NCBI GenBank assembly: GCA_046484885.1
Contig: JAWOIA010000075.1
Span: forward strand, 26,689 to 58,688
Source: Desulfosarcina sp.
Lineage (GTDB): Bacteria > Desulfobacterota > Desulfobacteria > Desulfobacterales > Desulfosarcinaceae
Length of the DNA stretch: 32,000 nt
Direction: 5' to 3'
A program made the position numbers and the translations under genes. Shown here one piece after another: positions 19,409 to 27,700 of the stretch (position 1 is its first letter; each line of letters begins with the position of its first letter). Below the pieces are notes generated by a model. It ran no database searches. It saw nothing but the letters and a program-made list of their open reading frames with translations, and was not told where the DNA came from.

Positions 19409-19450
19409 CAGGCACTGGCGCAATCATCAGCCCCACCTACGGAGTTCCGA

Positions 19451-20134
19451 TTGAAGATCGTGGTTACCAATGATGACGGCTTTGACCAGCCGGGATTGGC
19501 TGCGTTGGTCAACGTGCTCGACCCCTTGGGCGAAGTCACCCTGGTCGCCCCGGCGTCCCAGCAGTCCAACGTGGGTCACCGGGTGACCATGAAGGCCCCC
19601 ATCCGCGTCGACCGCCTGGACCAGCGCAGCTACGTCGTGCATGGAACACCGGCGGACTGTAGCCGTTTGGCCGTCAAGGAGTTCGTTCCCGATGCCGACT
19701 GGGTCATCGCCGGCGTCAATCCAGGGGCCAATCTCGGCAGCGACATTCACCAGTCCGGCACCGTGGCTGCGGCCCGCGAAGCGGCTATCTTAGGGGTGCG
19801 GGCTGTGGCCGTTTCCCAGTACATCGCTCGAGACTGGATCGTTGACTGGTCAGCCGTGCAGGTGCAGACGTCACGGTGGCTGCCCGACCTGCTTAAAAGA
19901 TCGCTGAGGACGGGACAGTTCTGGAATATCAATCTGCCCAGCCCCCTGACCACCAGTTGCAAACTCGCCCAGCGCGTCTGCCCCTTGGACAAACATCCCC
20001 ACGACTACCGCTACACGTATGCAGACGGCACTTACCGTTACCGAGGGATCATTCACGACCGCCCCCGATCAGACGGCAGCGATGTGGCCGTCTGCTTCGG
20101 CGGCATGCTTGCCATGACCCTGTTGGAGATATGA
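19451..20134 (+). CDS. surE: 5'/3'-nucleotidase SurE, 227 aa (TTG start)
   Basis: N-terminal MKIVVTNDDGFDQPGL signature, GTPADC and SGTVAAAREAAILG blocks. The start codon in the DNA is TTG, with GGAG 8 nt upstream. Confidence 0.85.
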   Translation: MKIVVTNDDGFDQPGLAALVNVLDPLGEVTLVAPASQQSNVGHRVTMKAPIRVDRLDQRSYVVHGTPADCSRLAVKEFVPDADWVIAGVNPGANLGSDIHQSGTVAAAREAAILGVRAVAVSQYIARDWIVDWSAVQVQTSRWLPDLLKRSLRTGQFWNINLPSPLTTSCKLAQRVCPLDKHPHDYRYTYADGTYRYRGIIHDRPRSDGSDVAVCFGGMLAMTLLEI

Positions 20135-20138
20135 CCGT

Positions 20139-20684
20139 ATGAATTTCTGTTCCCAATGCGGCAGACCAGTGACACTCGTGGTCCCGGCCGACGATGACCG
20201 GCCGCGCCATGTCTGCCCGGACTGCGGCGTCATCCACTACCAGAATCCCAAACTCGTGGTGGGCTGCATCCCTGTCTGGGATGAGCGCATCCTCATGTGC
20301 CGCAGAAACATCGAACCCCGCAAAGGCTACTGGACCCTCCCCGCTGGTTTCCTGGAAAACGGCGAGACCGTCGCTGCTGGTGCCCGGCGGGAAACGCTGG
20401 AGGAGACGGGGGCAGTTGTTACCAGCCTGACCCCTTACCTGATGGTCGATATTGTTCACATTGGCCAAATTTACCTGATGTTCCGATCCCGCCTTCTGGC
20501 CCCGCAATTCCACCCCACCCGCGAAAGCGCCGAGGTGAAACTGCTGACCGAAGCGGACATCCCCTGGGACGACATCGCCTTCAAAGTGGTTGAAAAAACA
20601 TTGCGACACTACCTGCGGGATCGGCCCTCCGGCCGATTCACCTTTCAGACTGACCAGATTCAAGTCAAACCGGTCGACAAATAG
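20139..20684 (+). CDS. NUDIX hydrolase with N-terminal zinc-ribbon, 181 aa
   Basis: CSQCG...CPDCG zinc ribbon and Nudix box GFLENGETVAAGARRETLEETG. Starts 4 nt after the surE stop. Confidence 0.85.
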   Translation: MNFCSQCGRPVTLVVPADDDRPRHVCPDCGVIHYQNPKLVVGCIPVWDERILMCRRNIEPRKGYWTLPAGFLENGETVAAGARRETLEETGAVVTSLTPYLMVDIVHIGQIYLMFRSRLLAPQFHPTRESAEVKLLTEADIPWDDIAFKVVEKTLRHYLRDRPSGRFTFQTDQIQVKPVDK

Positions 20685-20703
20685 TGTCCATCCATAGACG
20701 GTG
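20685..20703 (+). repeat. Dispersed intergenic repeat, copy D (tgtccatccatagacggtg, degenerate)
   Basis: Begins directly after the NUDIX TAG stop (20682-20684). The first 10 nt are identical to copy C, which lies 132 nt downstream. Confidence 0.45.
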
Positions 20704-20816
20704 ATTGCGCCCACTATCGGCGTTGCGCGCTACCCTTCGTCAGCGCGGCGCACCGCCCGTTCGCTGCCTGCGGCACCCGCTTCCTATCGAAACCGCCGGC
20801 CCCGTCCGCTAACTGG

Positions 20817-20844
20817 TGTCCATCCAGAAACGAGGAAATTTGAT
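20817..20844 (+). repeat. Dispersed intergenic repeat, copy C (tgtccatccagaaacgaggaaatttgat)
   Basis: Near-identical to copy B (9890-9918) and related to copies A and D. Confidence 0.5.
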
Positions 20845-20911
20845 CGAGATCAAGGCATGCGAAAAATTTTACCACAGGCATATCGTTGATATTCCGAGGA
20901 TAAAATTTTGA

Positions 20912-20931
20912 GCCCGACGCAGACGTCGGGC
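20912..20931. other. Perfect 8-bp GC-rich hairpin (gcccgacg-caga-cgtcgggc)
   Basis: Seen directly in the sequence. An A/T tract (aaaattttga) lies only on the upstream plus-strand side, so as a terminator it would act on minus-strand transcripts. Role unclear. Confidence 0.3.
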
Positions 20932-20955
20932 GAAATAACCGCTTATGGCTGGGCA

Positions 20956-21009
20956 CTAACCGTATTTTAGCCGGATCCTAACACGCGCCTAACAGTGGCG
21001 GTCCATATT
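20956..21009 (+). promoter_or_regulatory. Candidate Pho-box-like promoter upstream of pstS
   Basis: CTAAC half-sites start at 20956, 20978 and 20989, in 11-bp register. The last two form CCTAACA-cgcg-CCTAACA (7+4+7, the geometry of PhoB boxes). CATATT (21004-21009) follows 9 nt downstream as a possible -10. Confidence 0.35.
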
Positions 21010-21073
21010 CCCTCCGCAACATGAGTCGAATACTGCGCATCGACAACCACGAACCAAACAAAAGGAGAACAAA

Positions 21074-22060
21074 ATGATGCGGAAATTAGTTGTGAAAAGA
21101 ACCCTGGTGACCGTGGCGGCCTTGCTGACCCTGTCGACGGCCTCCCAGGCCTCCGACCTGGTCGACCCCAACCTCAAACCCTATCAGCCGGTTTCGGGGG
21201 TGTCGGGCAACATCAAGAGCATCGGTTCCGACTCGATGAACAACACCATGACCCTCTGGGCCGAAGGCTTCCTGGGGCAGTATCCCAACGTTCAGATCGA
21301 GATCGAGGGCAAGGGCTCCGGCACCGCGCCGCCGGCCATGATCAGCGGCACCGCCCAATTCGGTCCCATGAGCCGACCCATGAAGGGCGAAGAGATCGAC
21401 AACTTCGAGAAAAGCTACGGCTACAAGCCCGTCGAGTTGGCGACCAGCATCGACATGCTGGCGGTGTATGTCCACAAGGACAACCCCATCGAGTGCCTGA
21501 GCCTGCAACAGGTGGACGCCATCTTCTCCAAAACCCGGCGCGGCGGTCATGACCAGAATATCCGGACCTGGGGCGATGTGGGCCTCACCGGCCAGTTCGC
21601 CAATATGCCCATCAGCCTCTACGGCCGCAATTCGGCTTCGGGAACCTACGGCTTTTTCAAGGACAACGCCCTGTTCGGCGGTGACTACAAGGACGAGGTC
21701 AAGGAGCAGCCGGGCAGTTCCTCGGTGGTTCAGGGTACCGCCAGTGAGTTGGGCGGGATCGGTTATTCCGGCATCGGTTATATGACCGCCGACGTGCGGG
21801 CCGTGCCCCTGGCTTCGACCCCCGACGGCAAGTGCGTATCGGCCACCCCGGATAACGCCTACACCGGGGAGTATCCTTTGGCCCGGTACCTGTATGTCTA
21901 TGTGAACCACAAGCCCGGCAGCACCATGGACCCCCTGCGCCGGGAATTCATCCGCTACGTCTTCAGCCGGGAAGGTCAGGAGGACGTGGTCCGCGACGGC
22001 TACTATCCGATCACCCAGGTAATCGCCGAGGAACAGATGTCCACGGTTGGCATCCGCTAA
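21074..22060 (+). CDS. pstS: Phosphate ABC transporter substrate-binding protein PstS, 328 aa
   Basis: Signal peptide MMRKLVVKRTLVTVAALLTLSTASQA. PstS-family blocks GSDSMNNTM, GKGSGTAPPAMISGTAQFGPMSRPMK and GIGYSGIGY. RBS AAAGGAGAA. Confidence 0.9.
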   Translation: MMRKLVVKRTLVTVAALLTLSTASQASDLVDPNLKPYQPVSGVSGNIKSIGSDSMNNTMTLWAEGFLGQYPNVQIEIEGKGSGTAPPAMISGTAQFGPMSRPMKGEEIDNFEKSYGYKPVELATSIDMLAVYVHKDNPIECLSLQQVDAIFSKTRRGGHDQNIRTWGDVGLTGQFANMPISLYGRNSASGTYGFFKDNALFGGDYKDEVKEQPGSSSVVQGTASELGGIGYSGIGYMTADVRAVPLASTPDGKCVSATPDNAYTGEYPLARYLYVYVNHKPGSTMDPLRREFIRYVFSREGQEDVVRDGYYPITQVIAEEQMSTVGIR

Positions 22061-22080
22061 GCAGCGTTCCGGACTTGCAG

Positions 22081-22131
22081 CTCCGGTGGCGCAGCAGTTG
22101 ATGTGCGTCCGCCACCGGAGCCCCTACTTTT
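22081..22131 (+). terminator. Intra-operon hairpin/attenuator between pstS and pstC
   Basis: Perfect 11-bp stem ctccggtggcg (22081-22091) / cgccaccggag (22110-22120) with an 18-nt loop, followed by cccctactttt. Confidence 0.45.
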
Positions 22132-22186
22132 AGTTCCCGCCATCGGGGCTGCGCTGTTTCAACACCTTGATCTTACGGCTGCAATA

Positions 22187-24802
22187 ATGAACACGCAAAA
22201 AAAATTCACCGGTGCCGGTCGCCGTTACACCACCAAAACCAGCGTTAAAATGATCGAGCACCTTACCAAAACGCTGATAACGTTGGGCGGGGTCGGGACC
22301 ATCATCGCGGTGGCTGGGGTGTTTGTTTACCTGACCAGCGTGGTGGTGCCATTGTTCGCCGGGGCCGACTGGAGCTTGCGCCACCAGGTGGCCGGAGTTG
22401 ATGCGGCCGCCAAGTCCGGTCAGCACCTGGTTGCTGACGAGTTTTTGCTTTCCGCCTGGGTTATCGAGGAGCAGGGGAGCCGGATTCGCTCCTTTCGCCT
22501 GGATACCGGTGAGACCCTGATCAGTGATGACCTTTTTGGCGGCGACACTCCCTTGGCTATTACATACGAGCCCAACTCGCAGATGATCGCCGCCACCTTC
22601 CCGGATGGCCGGATACAATTGAGCGCGGTGGCCATTAAAACCGAATTTCTCACCGATGAAAGCGTCCTGCCGGCCCGGCTCAACGCTTTGGAAATCGGCC
22701 AGATCGCCAATTATGAAGGTGGGGTGGTGCAGCGAACCCCGGTGGGTCAGCTCCGCCGCCTGCGGCTGGAAATCAACCACCAGCCGCCCATTGCCACGGA
22801 GATCGAAGCGCTGATGCTCATCGATGTGGCCGTGTTGACCACCGGGCCGGTCATCACCACCCTGGCCGCCGACGGCCGGTTGCGGGTGCAGAACATCGCC
22901 ATCCGCCGCAACATGCTCACCGGCCAGACCACCACTTCGGTCAGCGGCGGGGAGCTGGCGCTGGATCTGACCGCCCATGGCCTGCCCCGCCAGGTCGTGG
23001 TGTCCGGGCGGGGGGATACGGTGTACCTGATTTGGGAGGACGGCCACCTGGTCCGGGTGGACAGCCGCGATACCCGGCAACTGGTGGTGGCCGAAGAGGT
23101 GAATCTGCTGCCGAAAGGGGATGCCCGGGTAACCGCCGCCGTCGCCCTGATCGGAAAAACCACCCTTATTGTCGGCGACTCCCGGGGCCGGGTCCGGGCT
23201 TGGTTCCGCACCCGGCCAGAGGGGGCGGCCAGTTCCGACGGCGGCGCCTTGACCATGGTCCACGATCTGGGGCAGGGGCCGGCCGCGGTTGCCAGGCTCT
23301 CGGCCTCCATGCGGACCCGGCTGTTGGCAGCCGGTTTTACCGACGGCACCGTGCAGGTTTACCATGTTACCAGCAACCAGCTTCTGGTGGAGGAAACGGC
23401 CGGGGTCGGGCCGGTGGCGGCAGTGGCCCTGGCCCCCCGGGATAATCTCTTGGCCGTCCTGACCCCCGCCGGTTTCACCGCCTGGGAGATGGACCTCAAA
23501 CATCCCGCCGCCAACCTCCATACCATTTTCGGCAAGGTACATTACGAGGGGTTGAACGAGCCGCGCCATGTCTGGCAGTCCGCCAGCGGCACCGACGATT
23601 TCGAGCCCAAGTACAGCCTGACCCCGTTGATCTTCGGAACCCTCAAGGCCACCTTTTACTCCATGCTCTTCGGGGTGCCTTTAGCCCTGCTGGCGGCCGT
23701 TTACACCAGTGAGTTCATGGAAAGCGGCGGCCTGCGCACCAAAATCAAACCCCTGGTCGAGGTGATGGAAAGCCTGCCTACGGTGGTCCTGGGTTTTCTC
23801 GCCGCCCTGGTGTTCGCCACCTTTGTCGAAGGGGCGGTGGCCGGGGTGCTGGCGGCCTTCTTTACCGTGCCGCTCTGCTTTGTGCTGGCCGCCTATCTCT
23901 TTCAGTTGCTGCCGGTGGAAAAATTTGTCCGGATGTCCCAGTTTCGCTTCTACTTCCTGCTTTTTCTGGCCCTGCCGGCGGGCATTTTTCTGGCCGGCCA
24001 ATTTGGTCCCATTGTCGAATATCTCCTTTTTTCCGGTGACATCAAGGCCTGGCTCGACGGGCAGGTGGGCTCCGGGACCGGGGGCTGGTTCATCATGTTC
24101 CTGCCGCTTTCCCTGCTGGCCGTGGTTTTTCTCCTGGGCGGATGGATCAACCCCTGGCTGCGGGAACGGGTGGCCAATTGCTCCCGCTTCCGTACCGGCG
24201 TGGTGGAGGCAGGCAAGTTCGCCGTGGGTACGGTTGCAGTGCTGACCCTGGCCTGGCTGCTGGCCTCGCTGCTGACCCTGATCGGTTTCGACTCGCGGGG
24301 GGATTTCCCCCTCATCGGCCAGGTCATGGGCACCTACGTGCAGCGTAATTCCCTGGTGGTGGGTTTCGTCATGGGCTTTGCCATCATCCCTGCGGTGTAC
24401 ACCATCGCCGAGGACGCCCTTTCCAGTGTGCCGGAGCACCTGCGTTCAGGCTCCCTGGCCGCCGGGGCCACCCCCTGGCAAACGGCGACCCGAATCATCA
24501 TCCCCACCGCCGCCAGCGGTCTCTTTTCAGCGGTGATGCTAGGCCTGGGCCGAGCGGTGGGGGAGACCATGATCGTGCTGATGGCCACCGGCAACACCCC
24601 GGTGATGGAATGGAACATCTTCAACGGTTTCAGGACACTGTCGGCCAATATCGCGGTGGAACTGCCGGAATCAGTGATTTTCAGCACCCATTACCGGATT
24701 CTCTTCCTGGCCGCACTGACCCTGTTTTTGATGACCTTCGTGGTCAACACCCTGGCCGAAGTGGTGCGCCAGCGTTTCCGCAAGCGAGCTTACCAGCTAT
24801 AA
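22187..24802 (+). CDS. pstC: Phosphate ABC transporter permease PstC, long form with ~415-aa periplasmic beta-propeller-like insert, 871 aa
   Basis: The C-terminal ~370 aa is a canonical PstC core, with the EAA-type loop AEDALSSVPEHLRSGSLAAGATPWQTATRIIIP. The N-terminal region has one TM helix followed by WD40-like repeats. ATG 22187 is preferred because the 22103 start in the track would run through the pstS terminator hairpin. Confidence 0.85.
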   Translation: MNTQKKFTGAGRRYTTKTSVKMIEHLTKTLITLGGVGTIIAVAGVFVYLTSVVVPLFAGADWSLRHQVAGVDAAAKSGQHLVADEFLLSAWVIEEQGSRIRSFRLDTGETLISDDLFGGDTPLAITYEPNSQMIAATFPDGRIQLSAVAIKTEFLTDESVLPARLNALEIGQIANYEGGVVQRTPVGQLRRLRLEINHQPPIATEIEALMLIDVAVLTTGPVITTLAADGRLRVQNIAIRRNMLTGQTTTSVSGGELALDLTAHGLPRQVVVSGRGDTVYLIWEDGHLVRVDSRDTRQLVVAEEVNLLPKGDARVTAAVALIGKTTLIVGDSRGRVRAWFRTRPEGAASSDGGALTMVHDLGQGPAAVARLSASMRTRLLAAGFTDGTVQVYHVTSNQLLVEETAGVGPVAAVALAPRDNLLAVLTPAGFTAWEMDLKHPAANLHTIFGKVHYEGLNEPRHVWQSASGTDDFEPKYSLTPLIFGTLKATFYSMLFGVPLALLAAVYTSEFMESGGLRTKIKPLVEVMESLPTVVLGFLAALVFATFVEGAVAGVLAAFFTVPLCFVLAAYLFQLLPVEKFVRMSQFRFYFLLFLALPAGIFLAGQFGPIVEYLLFSGDIKAWLDGQVGSGTGGWFIMFLPLSLLAVVFLLGGWINPWLRERVANCSRFRTGVVEAGKFAVGTVAVLTLAWLLASLLTLIGFDSRGDFPLIGQVMGTYVQRNSLVVGFVMGFAIIPAVYTIAEDALSSVPEHLRSGSLAAGATPWQTATRIIIPTAASGLFSAVMLGLGRAVGETMIVLMATGNTPVMEWNIFNGFRTLSANIAVELPESVIFSTHYRILFLAALTLFLMTFVVNTLAEVVRQRFRKRAYQL

Positions 24803-24809
24803 TTTGAAA

Positions 24810-26684
24810 ATGAGCCGAAAAAAAGTGCGTCACACCAATTTTAAAGCCGATTTGAAGATGCCGGGGACCCCTGCGGCCCGGCAGGCGCCGGACTCCGGCG
24901 GCTCCCGTGCCCCTGCCCCGCAAGCCGGGCGGATCTGGCGCAAAGGCACGGGCCGGGGCGCCACCCTGGCCGCCCATGGTCAGCCCATGGTCTGGCTGGC
25001 CGGCGGTATGCTGGCCATCTGCGTAGTGATGATCATCGGCCTGATCCTGCTGGTTACGGTGCGAGGAGTGGCCACCTTCTGGCCCGGCCCTCTGGTCAGC
25101 TTCGTGCTGGCCGACGGCCAGGTGGTCAGCGGTGAGATCACCCGCACCGGCTCCTACGAGCCCCGGCCCGAACTGATCCTGGCCTTGCCGCCGGAACATC
25201 AAGCCAAGGCCGAGGCCCTGCTGGCGGAAAATGACGGCCGCTCCCATCGTGACCTGGTCCGGACCGGCAACTTCGAGCTGGATGGAAACCACTTCAACTG
25301 GGTCAGTGATTTCACGGTGGCCGAAAAACACCACCCCCAATGGGGACTGGTGATCGAGCGTCTGACCTGGGGCCGCTTCTACGGAGAACCCCGCGAATTC
25401 AGGGTTGACGGGCAAGTGGTGGCCGATACCCCTGAAGCCGCCTGGGCCCAGTTCAAAAAACATCACGGCGAGGCCCGGAAACGTTGGGGGGAGCGCCGCC
25501 GCCTGGAGAGCAAGGCCTTGGGCAGAATCAACCATGCCCAGGAAAAGGCGCGCCTGAAGGTGCGCGAGGCGGAGCTAGCGCTGCAACAGGCCCGGATTCA
25601 GCACGGCAGTAATTCGGCGGCCTATCGCATGGCCAGGGAGGACCTGGACCGGCGGCAGGAAGTTTTCAACCAGGACAACCAGGGGTTTGCCGCCCAATAC
25701 CAGCAAGTCCGCCAGCAGATCAATGCCCTGAACCGGGAAAACGACCGCTATCAGATGCGGTTGGTCACCTATGACGGCCACGAGAAAATGCTCGGGCTGG
25801 CCGAAGTGGTCCGGGCCTATCCCGCCAACCAGGTGGGCCTGCTCAATCGGATCGGCATCTATCTGGATCGCTGGCTGGAATTCCTGCGCGACGATCCCCG
25901 CGAAGCCAACAGTGAAGGCGGGGTGTTCCCAGCCATCTTCGGTACCGTGGTCATGACCCTGATCATGGTTGTCTGCGTAGTGCCCTTCGGCGTGCTGGCC
26001 GCCCTTTACCTGCGCGAATACGCCAAGGCCGGTCCCCTGATCAGCACCATCCGGATCGCGGTCAACAACCTGGCCGGGGTGCCCAGCATCGTTTACGGCG
26101 TCTTCGGCCTGGGCTTCTTCTGCTACCTGGTGGGCAGCAGTATTGATGACTTGTTTTTCACCGCCAAGCTGCCATCACCCACCTTCGGCACCGGCGGCAT
26201 TCTCTGGGCCAGCCTGACCCTGGCCCTGCTGACCCTGCCGGTAGTGATCGTGGCTACCGAGGAGGCCCTGGCGGCGGTGCCCGGCTCCATGCGGGAAGGC
26301 TCATACGCTTGCGGGGCCAGCAAGTGGCAGACCATCCAGCGCATCGTGCTGCCCCGGGCCCTGCCCGGAATCATGACCGGGATGATCCTGGCCATGGCGC
26401 GCGGAGCCGGCGAGGTGGCTCCCCTAATGCTGGTCGGAGCGGTGAAACTGGCGCCCGAGCTGCCCATTGACGGTTTTGCCCCCTTCGTCCACCTGGAGCG
26501 CAGCTTCATGCATTTGGGCTTCCATATTTACGATCTCGGTTTTCAGAGCCAGAACAGCGAAGCGGCCATTCCCATGGTCTTTACCACCACCTTGCTGCTG
26601 ATTCTGATCATTACCCTGCTTAATCTGGGGGCAATCTACACGCGGAACCGGTTGCGGCGAAAATTCATGGTCAGCGCAGTTTAA
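24810..26684 (+). CDS. pstA: Phosphate ABC transporter permease PstA, long form with ~280-aa periplasmic insert, ~624 aa
   Basis: Canonical PstA core at the C-terminus (TEEALAAVPGSMREGSYACGASKWQTIQRIVLP). N-terminal TM helix, then a large insert. The start is ATG 24810 or TTG 24804, immediately after the pstC stop. Confidence 0.85.
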   Translation: MSRKKVRHTNFKADLKMPGTPAARQAPDSGGSRAPAPQAGRIWRKGTGRGATLAAHGQPMVWLAGGMLAICVVMIIGLILLVTVRGVATFWPGPLVSFVLADGQVVSGEITRTGSYEPRPELILALPPEHQAKAEALLAENDGRSHRDLVRTGNFELDGNHFNWVSDFTVAEKHHPQWGLVIERLTWGRFYGEPREFRVDGQVVADTPEAAWAQFKKHHGEARKRWGERRRLESKALGRINHAQEKARLKVREAELALQQARIQHGSNSAAYRMAREDLDRRQEVFNQDNQGFAAQYQQVRQQINALNRENDRYQMRLVTYDGHEKMLGLAEVVRAYPANQVGLLNRIGIYLDRWLEFLRDDPREANSEGGVFPAIFGTVVMTLIMVVCVVPFGVLAALYLREYAKAGPLISTIRIAVNNLAGVPSIVYGVFGLGFFCYLVGSSIDDLFFTAKLPSPTFGTGGILWASLTLALLTLPVVIVATEEALAAVPGSMREGSYACGASKWQTIQRIVLPRALPGIMTGMILAMARGAGEVAPLMLVGAVKLAPELPIDGFAPFVHLERSFMHLGFHIYDLGFQSQNSEAAIPMVFTTTLLLILIITLLNLGAIYTRNRLRRKFMVSAV

Positions 26685-26708
26685 CTCAATAACCAGTGGT
26701 GTTTTCGA

Positions 26709-27614
26709 ATGGCCAATCAAGAAAAACGTCCCGATGTAATGACCCAACGGCAGGACAGGCCCATGCCGCTGATCGACAAACCGCCCCGCAAAAGTCGCCT
26801 TCAGGCCATTTCCGCCGGAAAATGGTTCCCGCCCGTGGTGGACCCGGCCCTGCGTCAGGAGGAGATCGTCCTGGCTATCAAAGATTTCTGCCTCTGGTAT
26901 GGGCTGGCCCAGGCTCTATTCGACGTCTCGTTGGACATTCCTTACGGCAAGGTCACCGCCATCATTGGACCCTCCGGTTGCGGCAAATCGACCCTGCTGC
27001 GCTCGGTCAACCGCCTCAATGATCTGGTCGATGCGGTGCGGATCAAAGGCGACATGCTGCTCAACGGTGATTCAATCTACGGCCGGGGGGTCGATGTCAT
27101 CGAGTTGCGCAAACGCATGGGCATGGTCGCCCAAAAACCCAACCCCTTTCCCATGACCATCTACGAAAATGTCGTCTACCCCCTGCGCATCGACGGCATC
27201 AATGACCGCCGGCTCCTTGACGAAGTGTGCGAAAAGTCAATTCGGGGAGCCGCCCTGTGGAACGAGGTCAAAGACCGCCTGCAACAAAGCGCCCTGGGCC
27301 TTTCCGGCGGACAGCAGCAGCGCCTGTGCGTGGCGCGGGCCATTGCCTCCGAACCGGAAATCCTGCTGATGGACGAACCCTGCTCGGCATTGGATCCCAT
27401 CGCCACCGGCAAGATCGAGGAGTTGATCGACCAGCTGCGCGGCGAATACACCATCCTGATTGTCACCCACAACATGCAGCAGGCGGCCCGGGTCAGCGAC
27501 TACACCGCTTTCATGTATCTGGGCCAACTGGTGGAATACGGTCCGACCCCGGCCTTCTTCCAGAAACCCAAACTGCAGGAGACCGAAGATTATATCACCG
27601 GACGCTTCGGTTGA
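26709..27614 (+). CDS. pstB: Phosphate ABC transporter ATP-binding protein PstB, 301 aa
   Basis: Walker [10 protein letters not shown], signature LSGGQQQRL, Walker B ILLMDEP, and the PstB-typical C-terminus [10 protein letters not shown]. The start is uncertain (ATG 26709, 26739 or 26763). Confidence 0.9.
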   Translation: MANQEKRPDVMTQRQDRPMPLIDKPPRKSRLQAISAGKWFPPVVDPALRQEEIVLAIKDFCLWYGLAQALFDVSLDIPYGKVTAIIGPSGCGKSTLLRSVNRLNDLVDAVRIKGDMLLNGDSIYGRGVDVIELRKRMGMVAQKPNPFPMTIYENVVYPLRIDGINDRRLLDEVCEKSIRGAALWNEVKDRLQQSALGLSGGQQQRLCVARAIASEPEILLMDEPCSALDPIATGKIEELIDQLRGEYTILIVTHNMQQAARVSDYTAFMYLGQLVEYGPTPAFFQKPKLQETEDYITGRFG

Positions 27615-27700
27615 TATCGTTCCGCCAAAGCGGGTGGCAGGCTTTTTGGCCAGGTCAGGCATCCGCGAGACAGATAAAAACCAAAAAGGAGAATGCGATT

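Noticed and set aside
22103-22186. Longer PstC start (GTG 22103) given by the track.
   Set aside because: It would translate through the 11-bp-stem hairpin that follows pstS. The extra 28 residues are not membrane-protein-like. ATG 22187 gives a basic cytoplasmic tail followed by the first TM helix.
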